Source: Desulfobulbus propionicus DSM 2032 (GTDB taxonomy: Bacteria > Desulfobacterota > Desulfobulbia > Desulfobulbales > Desulfobulbaceae). From it: a DNA stretch of 32,000 bases. Position numbers and translations under genes: made by a program. The notes beneath the pieces are model-generated. The model searched no databases. It saw only the letters and a list, made by a program, of their open reading frames with translations, and was not told the DNA's origin. This document shows, one piece after another, positions 15,407 to 23,866 of the stretch; position 1 is the first letter of the stretch, and every line of letters begins with the position of its first letter. Location: NCBI RefSeq assembly GCF_000186885.1, contig NC_014972.1, positions 2,610,001 through 2,642,000 of the forward strand, given 5' to 3'.

Positions 15407-15463
15407 TGAGCACCCATTGTTTCCATGACCACTTACCCCCTGTTTTCACCATAGGAACCGATC

Positions 15464-17104
15464 ATGACCGCGACACTCATTCAGCGTACCGCCTCGGCCT
15501 ACACCTATCCCCTGCTGATCAAAAACATGTTTCTGGCCCCGGTCGTTGACAATCCCGATCAGGAAATCGTCTACCGGGATCACCTTCGCTACACCTACCG
15601 TGACTTCCGCCAACGGGTCCACCGCCTGGCCAATGCCCTGACGGCCGTGGGGGTCAAACCGGGGGACACGGTGGCGGTGATGGATTGGGACAGCCACCGC
15701 TATCTCGAATGCTTCTTTGCCGTGCCCATGCTCGGCGCGGTGTTGCACACCATCAATGTCCGCCTCTCGCCGGAGCAGATTCTCTACACCATCGATCATG
15801 CCGAGGATGACTATCTCCTGATCAACGACGAATTCCTGCCGGTCATCGAACAGATCAAGGGCCGCATCGACACGGTCAAGCGCTATGTGCTGCTCACCGA
15901 TCTCGATAACCCGCCCGCAACCGCCATTCCCCTGGCGGGAGAATACGAGGACCTGCTCAGCCGGGCCGACGATCACTTCGACTTCGAGGATTTCGACGAA
16001 AACACCCGGGCCACCACCTTCTACACCACCGGCACCACCGGCATGCCCAAGGGGGTCTATTTCAGTCACCGGCAACTGGTACTGCACACCCTCGGCAACC
16101 TGGCGGCCTTTGGCACCGCCACGCATCAGGGACGGTTCCATCAGCAGGATGTCTACCTGCCGCTGACGCCGATGTTTCACGTCCATGCCTGGGGCATGCC
16201 CTATGTGGCCACCTCGCTTGGCGTCAAGCAGGTCTATCCGGGCAAATACGCCCCGGGCCCCATCCTGCAGCTCATCGCCCGGGAAGGCGCCACCTTTTCC
16301 CACTGCGTGCCCACCATCATGCACATGCTGATCAACCACCCCAGCTTCGAGGAGATCGACCTCTCCCGCTGGAAGGTCCTTATCGGCGGCTCGGCCCTGA
16401 CCAAGGCGATGTGCCAAAAGGTGTTGAATCGGGGCGCGGACATCTTCACCGGGTACGGCATGTCCGAAACCTGTCCGATCCTCACCGTTGCCCATGTGCA
16501 TCGCGACGACCTGGAGAGCGACGAGGAGGTCGCCCTGCGCTGCAAAACCGGCCGGCCCATCCCCCTGGTGCAACTGCGTCTGGTGGATGAACAGATGAAC
16601 GATATCCCCAAGAACGGCGAGGAGGTGGGCGAACTGGTGGTCCGCGCCCCCTGGCTGACCCAGGGATATCTCAAGGATCAACGCAACTCGGAAAACCTGT
16701 GGAAAGGCGGCTATCTACACACCGGTGACGTGGCCAATATCAATCCCGAGAACTACGTCACCATCACCGATCGGATCAAGGACGTGATCAAGACCGGCGG
16801 CGAATGGCTCAGTTCGCTGGAACTGGAGGATGTGATCGGCCTGCATCCGGCGGTGGCCGAGGTGGCGGTAATCGGCATGAGCGACAAGAAATGGGGCGAA
16901 CGGCCCCTGGCTCTGGTGGTGACGAAAAAAGACGCGACACCGCCCACGCCGCGGCAACTGGTCAGCCACATCAACCAGTTCATCGAAAAAGGGCTGCTCT
17001 CCAAGCAGGCCATGCTGCTCAAAGTGAGGGTGGTCGAGTCGATCGACAAAACCAGCGTTGGCAAGATCGACAAAAAAACACTGCGCGTCAAGCATCTGGG
17101 CTGA
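15464..17104 (+). CDS. Fatty-acid--CoA ligase (AMP-binding/ANL superfamily)
   Basis: Motifs: AMP-binding 'YTTGTTGMPKGV', 'GYGMSET', 'YLHTGDV' and a C-terminal 'VGKIDKKTLR'. RBS AGGAA lies upstream. Confidence 0.92.
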   Translation: MTATLIQRTASAYTYPLLIKNMFLAPVVDNPDQEIVYRDHLRYTYRDFRQRVHRLANALTAVGVKPGDTVAVMDWDSHRYLECFFAVPMLGAVLHTINVRLSPEQILYTIDHAEDDYLLINDEFLPVIEQIKGRIDTVKRYVLLTDLDNPPATAIPLAGEYEDLLSRADDHFDFEDFDENTRATTFYTTGTTGMPKGVYFSHRQLVLHTLGNLAAFGTATHQGRFHQQDVYLPLTPMFHVHAWGMPYVATSLGVKQVYPGKYAPGPILQLIAREGATFSHCVPTIMHMLINHPSFEEIDLSRWKVLIGGSALTKAMCQKVLNRGADIFTGYGMSETCPILTVAHVHRDDLESDEEVALRCKTGRPIPLVQLRLVDEQMNDIPKNGEEVGELVVRAPWLTQGYLKDQRNSENLWKGGYLHTGDVANINPENYVTITDRIKDVIKTGGEWLSSLELEDVIGLHPAVAEVAVIGMSDKKWGERPLALVVTKKDATPPTPRQLVSHINQFIEKGLLSKQAMLLKVRVVESIDKTSVGKIDKKTLRVKHLG

Positions 17105-17207
17105 ACGCGCGCCCTCCGACTCTGGAGGCCGACGCCAGCCCCTCCCCAGCGGGAGAAAGGCCGCCATCGTCGTCGCGGCCGTTCTCCCGTGCGCCCGTAG
17201 CGATTCA

Positions 17208-19337
17208 TCACCCGCGGTCACCCCGGGACGGATGAAACAGGGCGCAGTTTTCCCCTTCCTCGCCCAGACGACACGAGATGGCGTTCAGGGCCTGCCCCTC
17301 GGTGGCAAAGATGTTCTGCTCGCCGACAAAACCGTCGAGCCCGGTGGCCCGCATCACGTCCAGCACCTGTTTCTTCAGTCCGGAAAACACTACCTCCACC
17401 CCCGATTGGTGCAGTTGCGCCACCAGATTGTGCAGCATCTCCTCACCCGAGGAGTCGATGGAGTTGATGGCGTCGCCAACCACCAGGAGGAACTTGGTCT
17501 CGCGGTGATCGGCCATGGCACCCAGCACCGCATCCTCGAAATGGGCGATGTTGGCGAAGTAGAGCGAACCGTCAAAACGGATGGCCACCACCTGGGTCGA
17601 GGTGGCCAGATCCGGATGGTATTTCACATCCCGCAGGGTGCCATCCTCGTGGCGCCCAAGAATGGCTACCCGCGGCGCCATGGTGCGGTAGAGATAATGG
17701 CCGATGGCCAGCAGCGCCCCGACCATGATCCCCTTGTCGAGATGCGGCGCGGCCAGCAGGGTGACGACAAAGGTCGCCAGGGCGACCAATCCATCGGCGC
17801 GACTGGCCTTCCAGATGTGTTTGAAGGCTTGGGGCGTGACCAGACCGGCCACGGCCAGCAGGATGATCACCGCCAGCACCGCCTTGGGCAGATGATGGAT
17901 CAGCGGGGTGAGGAACAGCAGGGTGATGCCGACAAACACACCGTTGCACACCATGGCCAGCCCGGTGGTGGCCCCGGCCTGGAGATTGATGGCCGACCCG
18001 GTGAAGGATCCACAAGCCGGATAGGCCTGAAAACAGGAACCGCCGATATTGGCCAGCCCCTGACCGATCAGCTCCTGATTGGGATCAATGCGCTGCTTGG
18101 CCTTGCCGGCCATGGCCTTGGCCATGGAAATGGACTCCATGAAGGCTACCAGGGCGATGACCAGGGCGGCGCTGAACAGTTGCAGCACCCCGTCGAGACT
18201 GAAGGACGGCAGGCGCGGCGCAGGCAGGCCGGCGGGGATCGCGCCCACCACCTCGCCGCCGCCGTTCAGTTTCATTTCTCCCCGCGCGACCTTCTTGACA
18301 TGCCACTGGCGGCCGTCCGTTTCCATGCCCACCGGCTCCCGACCCCGCTGGTAGAGCAGCGCCGAACCGTGTTCCCCGGCCTTGGCGCGGACAAAATACA
18401 GCTTGCGGATATCGCGCAGCCGTTTGCGGCTTTCCAGCTCCAGCGCCTTGATATCGAGATCGAGCAGCTCGATCCGGTAGCGCAGATCGGCGGCCTCGCG
18501 TGAACTGCGGTTGCGTTCCGCCTGGCGCAAACGGGTGGCAAAGGCGGTAAGGCTGGCGTTCAACTCCTCGATCCGCTGGACCGTGGCCTGATAGGCCTCG
18601 ACCCTCGAACGGGCCTCGGGGGTGGCGATGTCGCTGACTTTGCCGCTGGCGGTGTGCTCAAAACCGATCAGGGCGCTAACCACGGTGGTCACGGCCACCA
18701 CGATCAGCACCCCGGGCTTGGCCAGGATCGCAATTTTTTTGACCAGCAGCATCAGTGCCAGGCTGAAGACCGACATGGCCAGGGTGGGCAGATGGGTCAA
18801 GGGCAGATAACCGAGCATCTCCCAGACGTCTTGAAGAAAAAAGTCGCTTCGCCCCTTGGGGATGCCGAGCAGCATGTCCAACTGGGAGAGACCGATGATG
18901 ATGGCCGCGGCATTCATGAACCCGAGGATCACCGGATGGGAGACAAAATTGACCGCGCTGCCCAGTTTGACCACACCCAGAAAGAGCTGGATGCAGCCGA
19001 CCATCAGGGTGAGCAGCAATGCCAGACCGATGTACTCTTCGGAACCGGGCATGGCCAGGGGGGCGACCGCGGCGGCGGTCATCAACGAGAGAATGGCCAC
19101 CGGCCCGGTGGCCAGCTGCCGGGAGGAACCCCACAGGGCGCCGATGATCGCGGGCACGAAGGCGGTATACAGGCCAAACTGAAGCGGCAGCCCGGAGAGC
19201 TGGGCGTAGGCCATGGCCTTGGGCACGAGCACCAAGGCGCCGGTGATGCCGGCCATCAGATCGGAGCGCAGAATAAGGGGCGAAACCGGAAACCAGGAAA
19301 GAAACGGGAAAAGGCGCACTGCCAATTTGTTGACCAT
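17208..19337 (-). CDS. SulP/SLC26-family anion transporter with a C-terminal STAS domain and a large internal soluble insertion
   Basis: Start ATG 19337 (MVNKLAVRLFPFLSW...). 'AGITGALVLVPKAMAYAQLSGLP' and 'IPAGLP' are SulP hallmarks. The STAS domain is 'VVAIRFDGSLYFANIAHFED...'. The 94 upstream codons of the track ORF are Arg/Gly-rich junk. Confidence 0.9.
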   Translation of the reverse strand: MVNKLAVRLFPFLSWFPVSPLILRSDLMAGITGALVLVPKAMAYAQLSGLPLQFGLYTAFVPAIIGALWGSSRQLATGPVAILSLMTAAAVAPLAMPGSEEYIGLALLLTLMVGCIQLFLGVVKLGSAVNFVSHPVILGFMNAAAIIIGLSQLDMLLGIPKGRSDFFLQDVWEMLGYLPLTHLPTLAMSVFSLALMLLVKKIAILAKPGVLIVVAVTTVVSALIGFEHTASGKVSDIATPEARSRVEAYQATVQRIEELNASLTAFATRLRQAERNRSSREAADLRYRIELLDLDIKALELESRKRLRDIRKLYFVRAKAGEHGSALLYQRGREPVGMETDGRQWHVKKVARGEMKLNGGGEVVGAIPAGLPAPRLPSFSLDGVLQLFSAALVIALVAFMESISMAKAMAGKAKQRIDPNQELIGQGLANIGGSCFQAYPACGSFTGSAINLQAGATTGLAMVCNGVFVGITLLFLTPLIHHLPKAVLAVIILLAVAGLVTPQAFKHIWKASRADGLVALATFVVTLLAAPHLDKGIMVGALLAIGHYLYRTMAPRVAILGRHEDGTLRDVKYHPDLATSTQVVAIRFDGSLYFANIAHFEDAVLGAMADHRETKFLLVVGDAINSIDSSGEEMLHNLVAQLHQSGVEVVFSGLKKQVLDVMRATGLDGFVGEQNIFATEGQALNAISCRLGEEGENCALFHPSRGDRG

Positions 19338-19432
19338 AGTCACGTATCCGATGGGAAGGATTGAAAACGGCCTGTCCGGCCAGAGGCAAACAGAACAGCA
19401 AGCCGTTCCGCTTCGTTTGGCGGCGCGTCCGC

Positions 19433-20284
19433 CTAGGCGGAAACCACCAACACCGCGCAACTGGCTTGACCGATCACCTTCTCGGTCACATGCCCCTTCA
19501 GCAGCTTGGCCACGCCCCCCCGGCCGCGGCCGCCGATGAGGATCATGTCCACGTGCTGTACCTGCGCGGCCTCGACAATGCATGCAGCCGGATCGCCCAC
19601 CGCTACCAGGGGTTCCCACGGAATCCGCAGTCCTTGCCGGCGGGCCTGGCCGCAGATCTCGGCAACCAACGCCTCAGCCTGGGGACGGTCCTCTTCCCGG
19701 CCGGCCACCGTCAACACGGTCAATCGTTCCAGGCCAGCGCAGGCGCGACTCAGACCGAGGGCCTCCTCGACGGCCCGCCGGCCGTTGGCTGAATCGTTGG
19801 CGGCCAGCAAGATCCGGGAACCGTTGATGGTGCAGTCCCTGGGAGCCACCAGCACCCGGGGGAATCCCTGGGCGATGACCTTGGCGGTCATCTTACCCAC
19901 CAACAGCGATAGGCGGCCGCTCTTGCCGTGACGGCCCATGACAATGACATCGGCCTGCCGCAAGCGGGCCTGGTCGACAATGGCCTTCTCCGGCGTGCTC
20001 GAGCCGATCACCACCACCTCGACGGCCACCCCGCTGTCCTGGGCCATGACGCGGATACGTTCCAGATGGGGGGTCAAATCCTGCTGTCCCTGACGAACAG
20101 CGAAATGGGCGGCATTGATCGACTCGACCTGGGTGTGCACCACATGGAGGACGATCACCCGGGCATGGCAGGCCTGACCAAAGAAAAGGGCTTCGCGGAC
20201 GGCTCCCTCGCTGAAGGGGGATCCGTCGGTCGCCACGAGCAGGGTCTTGGCCTCACCGAGCAGACTGGTACCAGAACATTCCAT
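19433..20284 (-). CDS. Tandem universal stress protein (two UspA domains)
   Basis: There are two Usp repeats ('TLLVATDGSPFSEGAVREAL...VIVMGRHGKSG...', 'RILLAANDSANGRRAVEEAL...ILIGGRGRGGVAKLLKGHVTEKV'). ATG 20284 is preceded by AAAGGAGG. It lies 95 nt upstream of the SulP start on the same strand. Confidence 0.85.
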   Translation of the reverse strand: MECSGTSLLGEAKTLLVATDGSPFSEGAVREALFFGQACHARVIVLHVVHTQVESINAAHFAVRQGQQDLTPHLERIRVMAQDSGVAVEVVVIGSSTPEKAIVDQARLRQADVIVMGRHGKSGRLSLLVGKMTAKVIAQGFPRVLVAPRDCTINGSRILLAANDSANGRRAVEEALGLSRACAGLERLTVLTVAGREEDRPQAEALVAEICGQARRQGLRIPWEPLVAVGDPAACIVEAAQVQHVDMILIGGRGRGGVAKLLKGHVTEKVIGQASCAVLVVSA

Positions 20285-20531
20285 GGAACCTCCTTTGGCT
20301 GGTGGATGAACACTGCCTTCCAAACTACCATCGTTGCCGCGCCAAGACAAGCGGCCCGTCATGGCGAACAGGTTCACCCTCCCGGCCAGACCGTTCCCGC
20401 CGCCAACGCCTTGGCGTCAAAGCACGTTTTTCGTTTGTTTCTTTTTCGGTTCTATGCTGAAATAATAATCATTTTGACAGCCGTCCTGTTCCGCCGCCAT
20501 CGTCCAGCCCTGCGTTCAACGGGAGAAACCC

Positions 20532-22769
20532 ATGCACAACGATGAGTTCATCGAATTGATCGAGGATGTTCCGCAACAAACCGGGAAGGCCGAACATTGT
20601 TCCATGCCGCCCTGGAAGGTCCTGATCGTCGATGACGACGTTGATGTGCATGAAAGCACCACCTTTGCCCTGCAGGGGCTGACCATCGAAGGTCGAACCC
20701 TCCAGCTGCTCCATGCCTCGTCCAGCGAGGAGGCGCTGCGCCTGCTGGTCCGGGAAGACAATATTGCCGTGATCCTGCTCGATGTGGTCATGGAAACCGA
20801 CGACTCCGGCCTGCGCGCCGTGGACGCCATCCGCAACGATCTCAACCTGCGCAACATCCGCATCATCCTCCGCACCGGGCAACCCGGCCACGCGCCGGAA
20901 ATCGAAACCATCCAGCGCTATGACATCAACGATTACAAAACCAAGAGCGAGCTGACCCGGACCAAACTGTATACCACCCTGACCACCGCCATCCGCGCCT
21001 ACCACCAGTTGAGCCGCATGGACGCCAACCGGCGCGGCCTCGAACAGATCATCGAGGCCAGCAATCAATTGATCGCCGAACGGGGATTGACCAGCTTTGC
21101 CGAAGGCATCATCATGCAGATCGCCAGCCTCATCGACATCCGGCCCGAAGGGCTGGTCTGCGCCAGCAAGGGCCATGCGTCCTCGGACAACGATCCGCAG
21201 CAGCTCAAAATCATCGCCGCGGCCGGCTGCTACCGTCACCTCATCCAACATCCGCTGGCGGATATCGGCAACGAACGGATCATCGCCGATCTGACCCGCT
21301 GCCTCAACGAACGTCGCAACCTGATCGGCGACCACAGCCTGAGCTTCTACTTTTCGGGGCGGGATGAAGCGGGATATGCCGCCTTTGTCGACTCGCCCCA
21401 GCTCCTGGACGAGATCGACCGTCATCTGTTGCAGGTCTTTTGCACCAACATCGCCCTCTGCGCGCAGAATGTGCAGCTGGTCGACCGGCTGCACGACCTG
21501 GCCTTTGTCGACACCATGCTCGGCCTGCCCAACCGGACCGCCTTTGTCCAGCAACTCAGCGCCCGGCTCGGCGATCGCCGCCACGGAGCCAGCGCCGTCG
21601 CCCTGATCGATATCGATCATTTCGCCGAAACCAACGACATGTTCGGCCATGCGTACGGCGACCTTCTTTTGGCGGCCATCGCCGCCCGGCTGCGCGAGCA
21701 TCTCAACACCGGCCACACCATCGCCCGGGTGGCTGGCGATACCTTCGCTCTGCTCGGCGATCGGCGGCAAATCAACCCCGAGCGCCTGATCGCGCTCTTC
21801 ACGCCTCCTTTCACCATCGAAGGGGTGGCCCGACCGGTCTCGGTGTCCATGGGGTTTGCGCCGATCAGCGACGAAACCGACGGCCAGGAAGTGCTCAAGA
21901 ATGCCTCCATCGCCCTCAAGCGGGCCAAGTCCAAGGGCCAGGGCCTGGCCGAAACCTATACCCCGGCGATCGGCCAGGAAACCAAGGAGCACATGGGCCT
22001 GCTCCAGGGCATCTACCATGCCTTTGCCGACCAACGGTTTTTTCTCGTCTATCAGCCGCAGATCAACCTGTTCACCAACGAGGTCACCGGTCTTGAAGCC
22101 CTGCTCCGCTGGCGGACGGCAGACGGCGCCCTGGTGCCGCCGGGACGATTCATCCCGGTGGCCGAGCGATCCGGACTGATCGTCACCCTCGGTGAATGGG
22201 TTTTGCGCTCCGCCCTGGAGGCCTGGAAGGTCATCCGCGATGCGGGCTATGCGGATCTGCGCATGGCGGTCAATGTGTCCCTGGTCCAGTGCAAGCATCC
22301 GGCGATGCTCGACATGCTCGACCACATCCTGGTCGACAGCAACGCCGACCCGGCCCACCTGGAACTGGAGATCACCGAATCAGTGGCCATCATGGGCATG
22401 GCCCAGGTCGTCTCGCTGCTCAAGGCAATCAAGGAACGCCATATCGACGTGGCCATCGACGACTTCGGCACCGGGTTTTCCTCCCTCTCCTATCTGGATC
22501 GGCTGCCGGTGGATCGGCTCAAGATTGACCGCAGTTTTGTCGCGCCCCTCGACGACAGCCGCACTGGAGCACGAATTGCCGAAATGATCGTCTCCCTCGG
22601 CCATACCCTGGGAATCACCGTGCTTGCCGAGGGCGTCGAAGATCCGGAACAGGCGGTCATCCTGAAAAACATCGGCTGCAACGAGGCGCAGGGGTATCTG
22701 TACGCCAAGCCCATGCCCCTCAACGAACTGCTTGTCTGGCTGGCCAACTGGCAGGGAGGGCGGCCGTGA
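20532..22769 (+). CDS. Response regulator: REC + DUF3369 (GAF-like) + degenerate GGDEF + EAL phosphodiesterase
   Basis: REC is 'VLIVDDDVDVHE...ILLDVVM'. The DUF3369 pattern is 'ILRTGQPGHAPEIETIQRYDINDYKTKSELT'. The GGDEF site reads AGDTF. The EAL set is intact (EALLRW, NVS, EITES, DDFGTGFSSLSYL, KIDRSFV, EGVE..Q). Confidence 0.9.
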   Translation: MHNDEFIELIEDVPQQTGKAEHCSMPPWKVLIVDDDVDVHESTTFALQGLTIEGRTLQLLHASSSEEALRLLVREDNIAVILLDVVMETDDSGLRAVDAIRNDLNLRNIRIILRTGQPGHAPEIETIQRYDINDYKTKSELTRTKLYTTLTTAIRAYHQLSRMDANRRGLEQIIEASNQLIAERGLTSFAEGIIMQIASLIDIRPEGLVCASKGHASSDNDPQQLKIIAAAGCYRHLIQHPLADIGNERIIADLTRCLNERRNLIGDHSLSFYFSGRDEAGYAAFVDSPQLLDEIDRHLLQVFCTNIALCAQNVQLVDRLHDLAFVDTMLGLPNRTAFVQQLSARLGDRRHGASAVALIDIDHFAETNDMFGHAYGDLLLAAIAARLREHLNTGHTIARVAGDTFALLGDRRQINPERLIALFTPPFTIEGVARPVSVSMGFAPISDETDGQEVLKNASIALKRAKSKGQGLAETYTPAIGQETKEHMGLLQGIYHAFADQRFFLVYQPQINLFTNEVTGLEALLRWRTADGALVPPGRFIPVAERSGLIVTLGEWVLRSALEAWKVIRDAGYADLRMAVNVSLVQCKHPAMLDMLDHILVDSNADPAHLELEITESVAIMGMAQVVSLLKAIKERHIDVAIDDFGTGFSSLSYLDRLPVDRLKIDRSFVAPLDDSRTGARIAEMIVSLGHTLGITVLAEGVEDPEQAVILKNIGCNEAQGYLYAKPMPLNELLVWLANWQGGRP

Positions 22770-23866
22770 TGCCGTTTGTGCGGGTTCTTGCGCTCTGTGT
22801 CCTCTGCCTCTACGCCTGCGGCCCGCGGGAGCCGATCCGCATCGGCCTGATCGCCGGGCTGTCCAGCCGCACCAGCGACACCGGCGAGGGCGCGCGCAAC
22901 GGCCTGCTTCTGGCCATCGAGCAGCGCAACGCCCAAGGCGGCATCCAGGGACGGAAAATTGAAATGGTCGCCGCCGACGATGGCCAGGACCCTGTCAAGG
23001 CGGTCCAGGCCATCAACGAATTGATCGCCGCCCGACCGAGCATCATCCTCGGCCCGCTCACCAGCTCCATGGCCGAGGCGGTTCTGCCCGTCGTCAACCA
23101 ATCGAATGTCGTGCTCCTCAGTCCGGTGATCACCTCGCTGCAGTTTGTCGGCAAGGACGACATGTTTTTCCGGCTCAACCGAACCACCCGCGACAATGCC
23201 GAGGAGTATTCGCGGGAAATGCTCGCCGACGGCCAGCGGCGGGTGGCGATCGCCTATGACATCCGGAACCGCTCGTTCACCGAAAGCTGGCTGCACGAAT
23301 TCCGCCGGGCATTCCAGGAACGGGGCGGTACGATCAGCAGCGCCGTCAGTTTTGCCTCGTCGGCCGATACCGCCTTTGGCGAGGTGAGCCGCCAGCTGCT
23401 CGCCAGTCACCCCCAGGGACTGCTGTTCATTGCCAACGCCATCGATGTGGCCCGTCTCGCGCAACAGGCGCGCAAACATGCCCCGGCTATCCCGCTGACC
23501 GCCGTTGAATGGGCCGCCAGCGAGCAGTTGCTCGAATTGGGTGGCAAGGCCGTGGAGGGGTTGCTCATCGCCCAGTCGCACAACCGGGCCGATACCTCGC
23601 CCCGTTTCACGGCCTTTGTAGAAGCCTATCGCCAGCGCTTTCACCAAGAGCCGGGATACACTGCGGTGGCCACCTATGACGCGGCCACCGTGTTCTTCAC
23701 CGCCATGGAACGACGTCAGCCCAACGAGCCCTTGAAGGCGGCCCTGTTGCGATGCGGCCCCTACCAGCTCCTCCAACAGCAGATCGAGTTTACTCCTTAC
23801 GGCGACACCACTCGGCAGGTGTATTTCACCCGTATCCAAAACGGCCGTTTCGTCCTGGTGCGCTGA
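22769..23866 (+). CDS. Periplasmic type-I solute-binding protein (Leu/Ile/Val-binding, Peripla_BP_6-like), SBP1
   Basis: The signal peptide ends ...CLYAC, so it is a possible lipoprotein. 'IRIGLIAGLSSRTSDTGEGARNGLLLAIEQRNAQGGIQGRKIEMVAADDGQDP' is the classic family N-terminus. Its ATG overlaps the upstream TGA (TGATG, 22767-22771). Confidence 0.85.
   Translation: MPFVRVLALCVLCLYACGPREPIRIGLIAGLSSRTSDTGEGARNGLLLAIEQRNAQGGIQGRKIEMVAADDGQDPVKAVQAINELIAARPSIILGPLTSSMAEAVLPVVNQSNVVLLSPVITSLQFVGKDDMFFRLNRTTRDNAEEYSREMLADGQRRVAIAYDIRNRSFTESWLHEFRRAFQERGGTISSAVSFASSADTAFGEVSRQLLASHPQGLLFIANAIDVARLAQQARKHAPAIPLTAVEWAASEQLLELGGKAVEGLLIAQSHNRADTSPRFTAFVEAYRQRFHQEPGYTAVATYDAATVFFTAMERRQPNEPLKAALLRCGPYQLLQQQIEFTPYGDTTRQVYFTRIQNGRFVLVR

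Noticed and set aside
15446-16681. 411-aa ORF on the - strand
   Set aside because: It is antisense to the acyl-CoA ligase, which has the canonical AMP-binding motifs.
17058-18503. 481-aa ORF on the + strand
   Set aside because: It is antisense to the SulP transporter, is Gly/Arg/His/Gln-rich, and has no motifs.
19338-19619. 94-codon N-terminal extension of the SulP ORF, overlapping the Usp gene end
   Set aside because: The extension is Arg/Gly-rich junk. The canonical SulP N-terminus begins at ATG 19337. The Usp extension 20285..20377 is rejected for the same reason, in favour of ATG 20284 with its AAAGGAGG RBS.
20469-22358. 629-aa ORF on the - strand
   Set aside because: It is antisense to the REC-DUF3369-GGDEF-EAL gene, which carries a full set of catalytic motifs. 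The antisense product has no motifs and a shadow-ORF composition.
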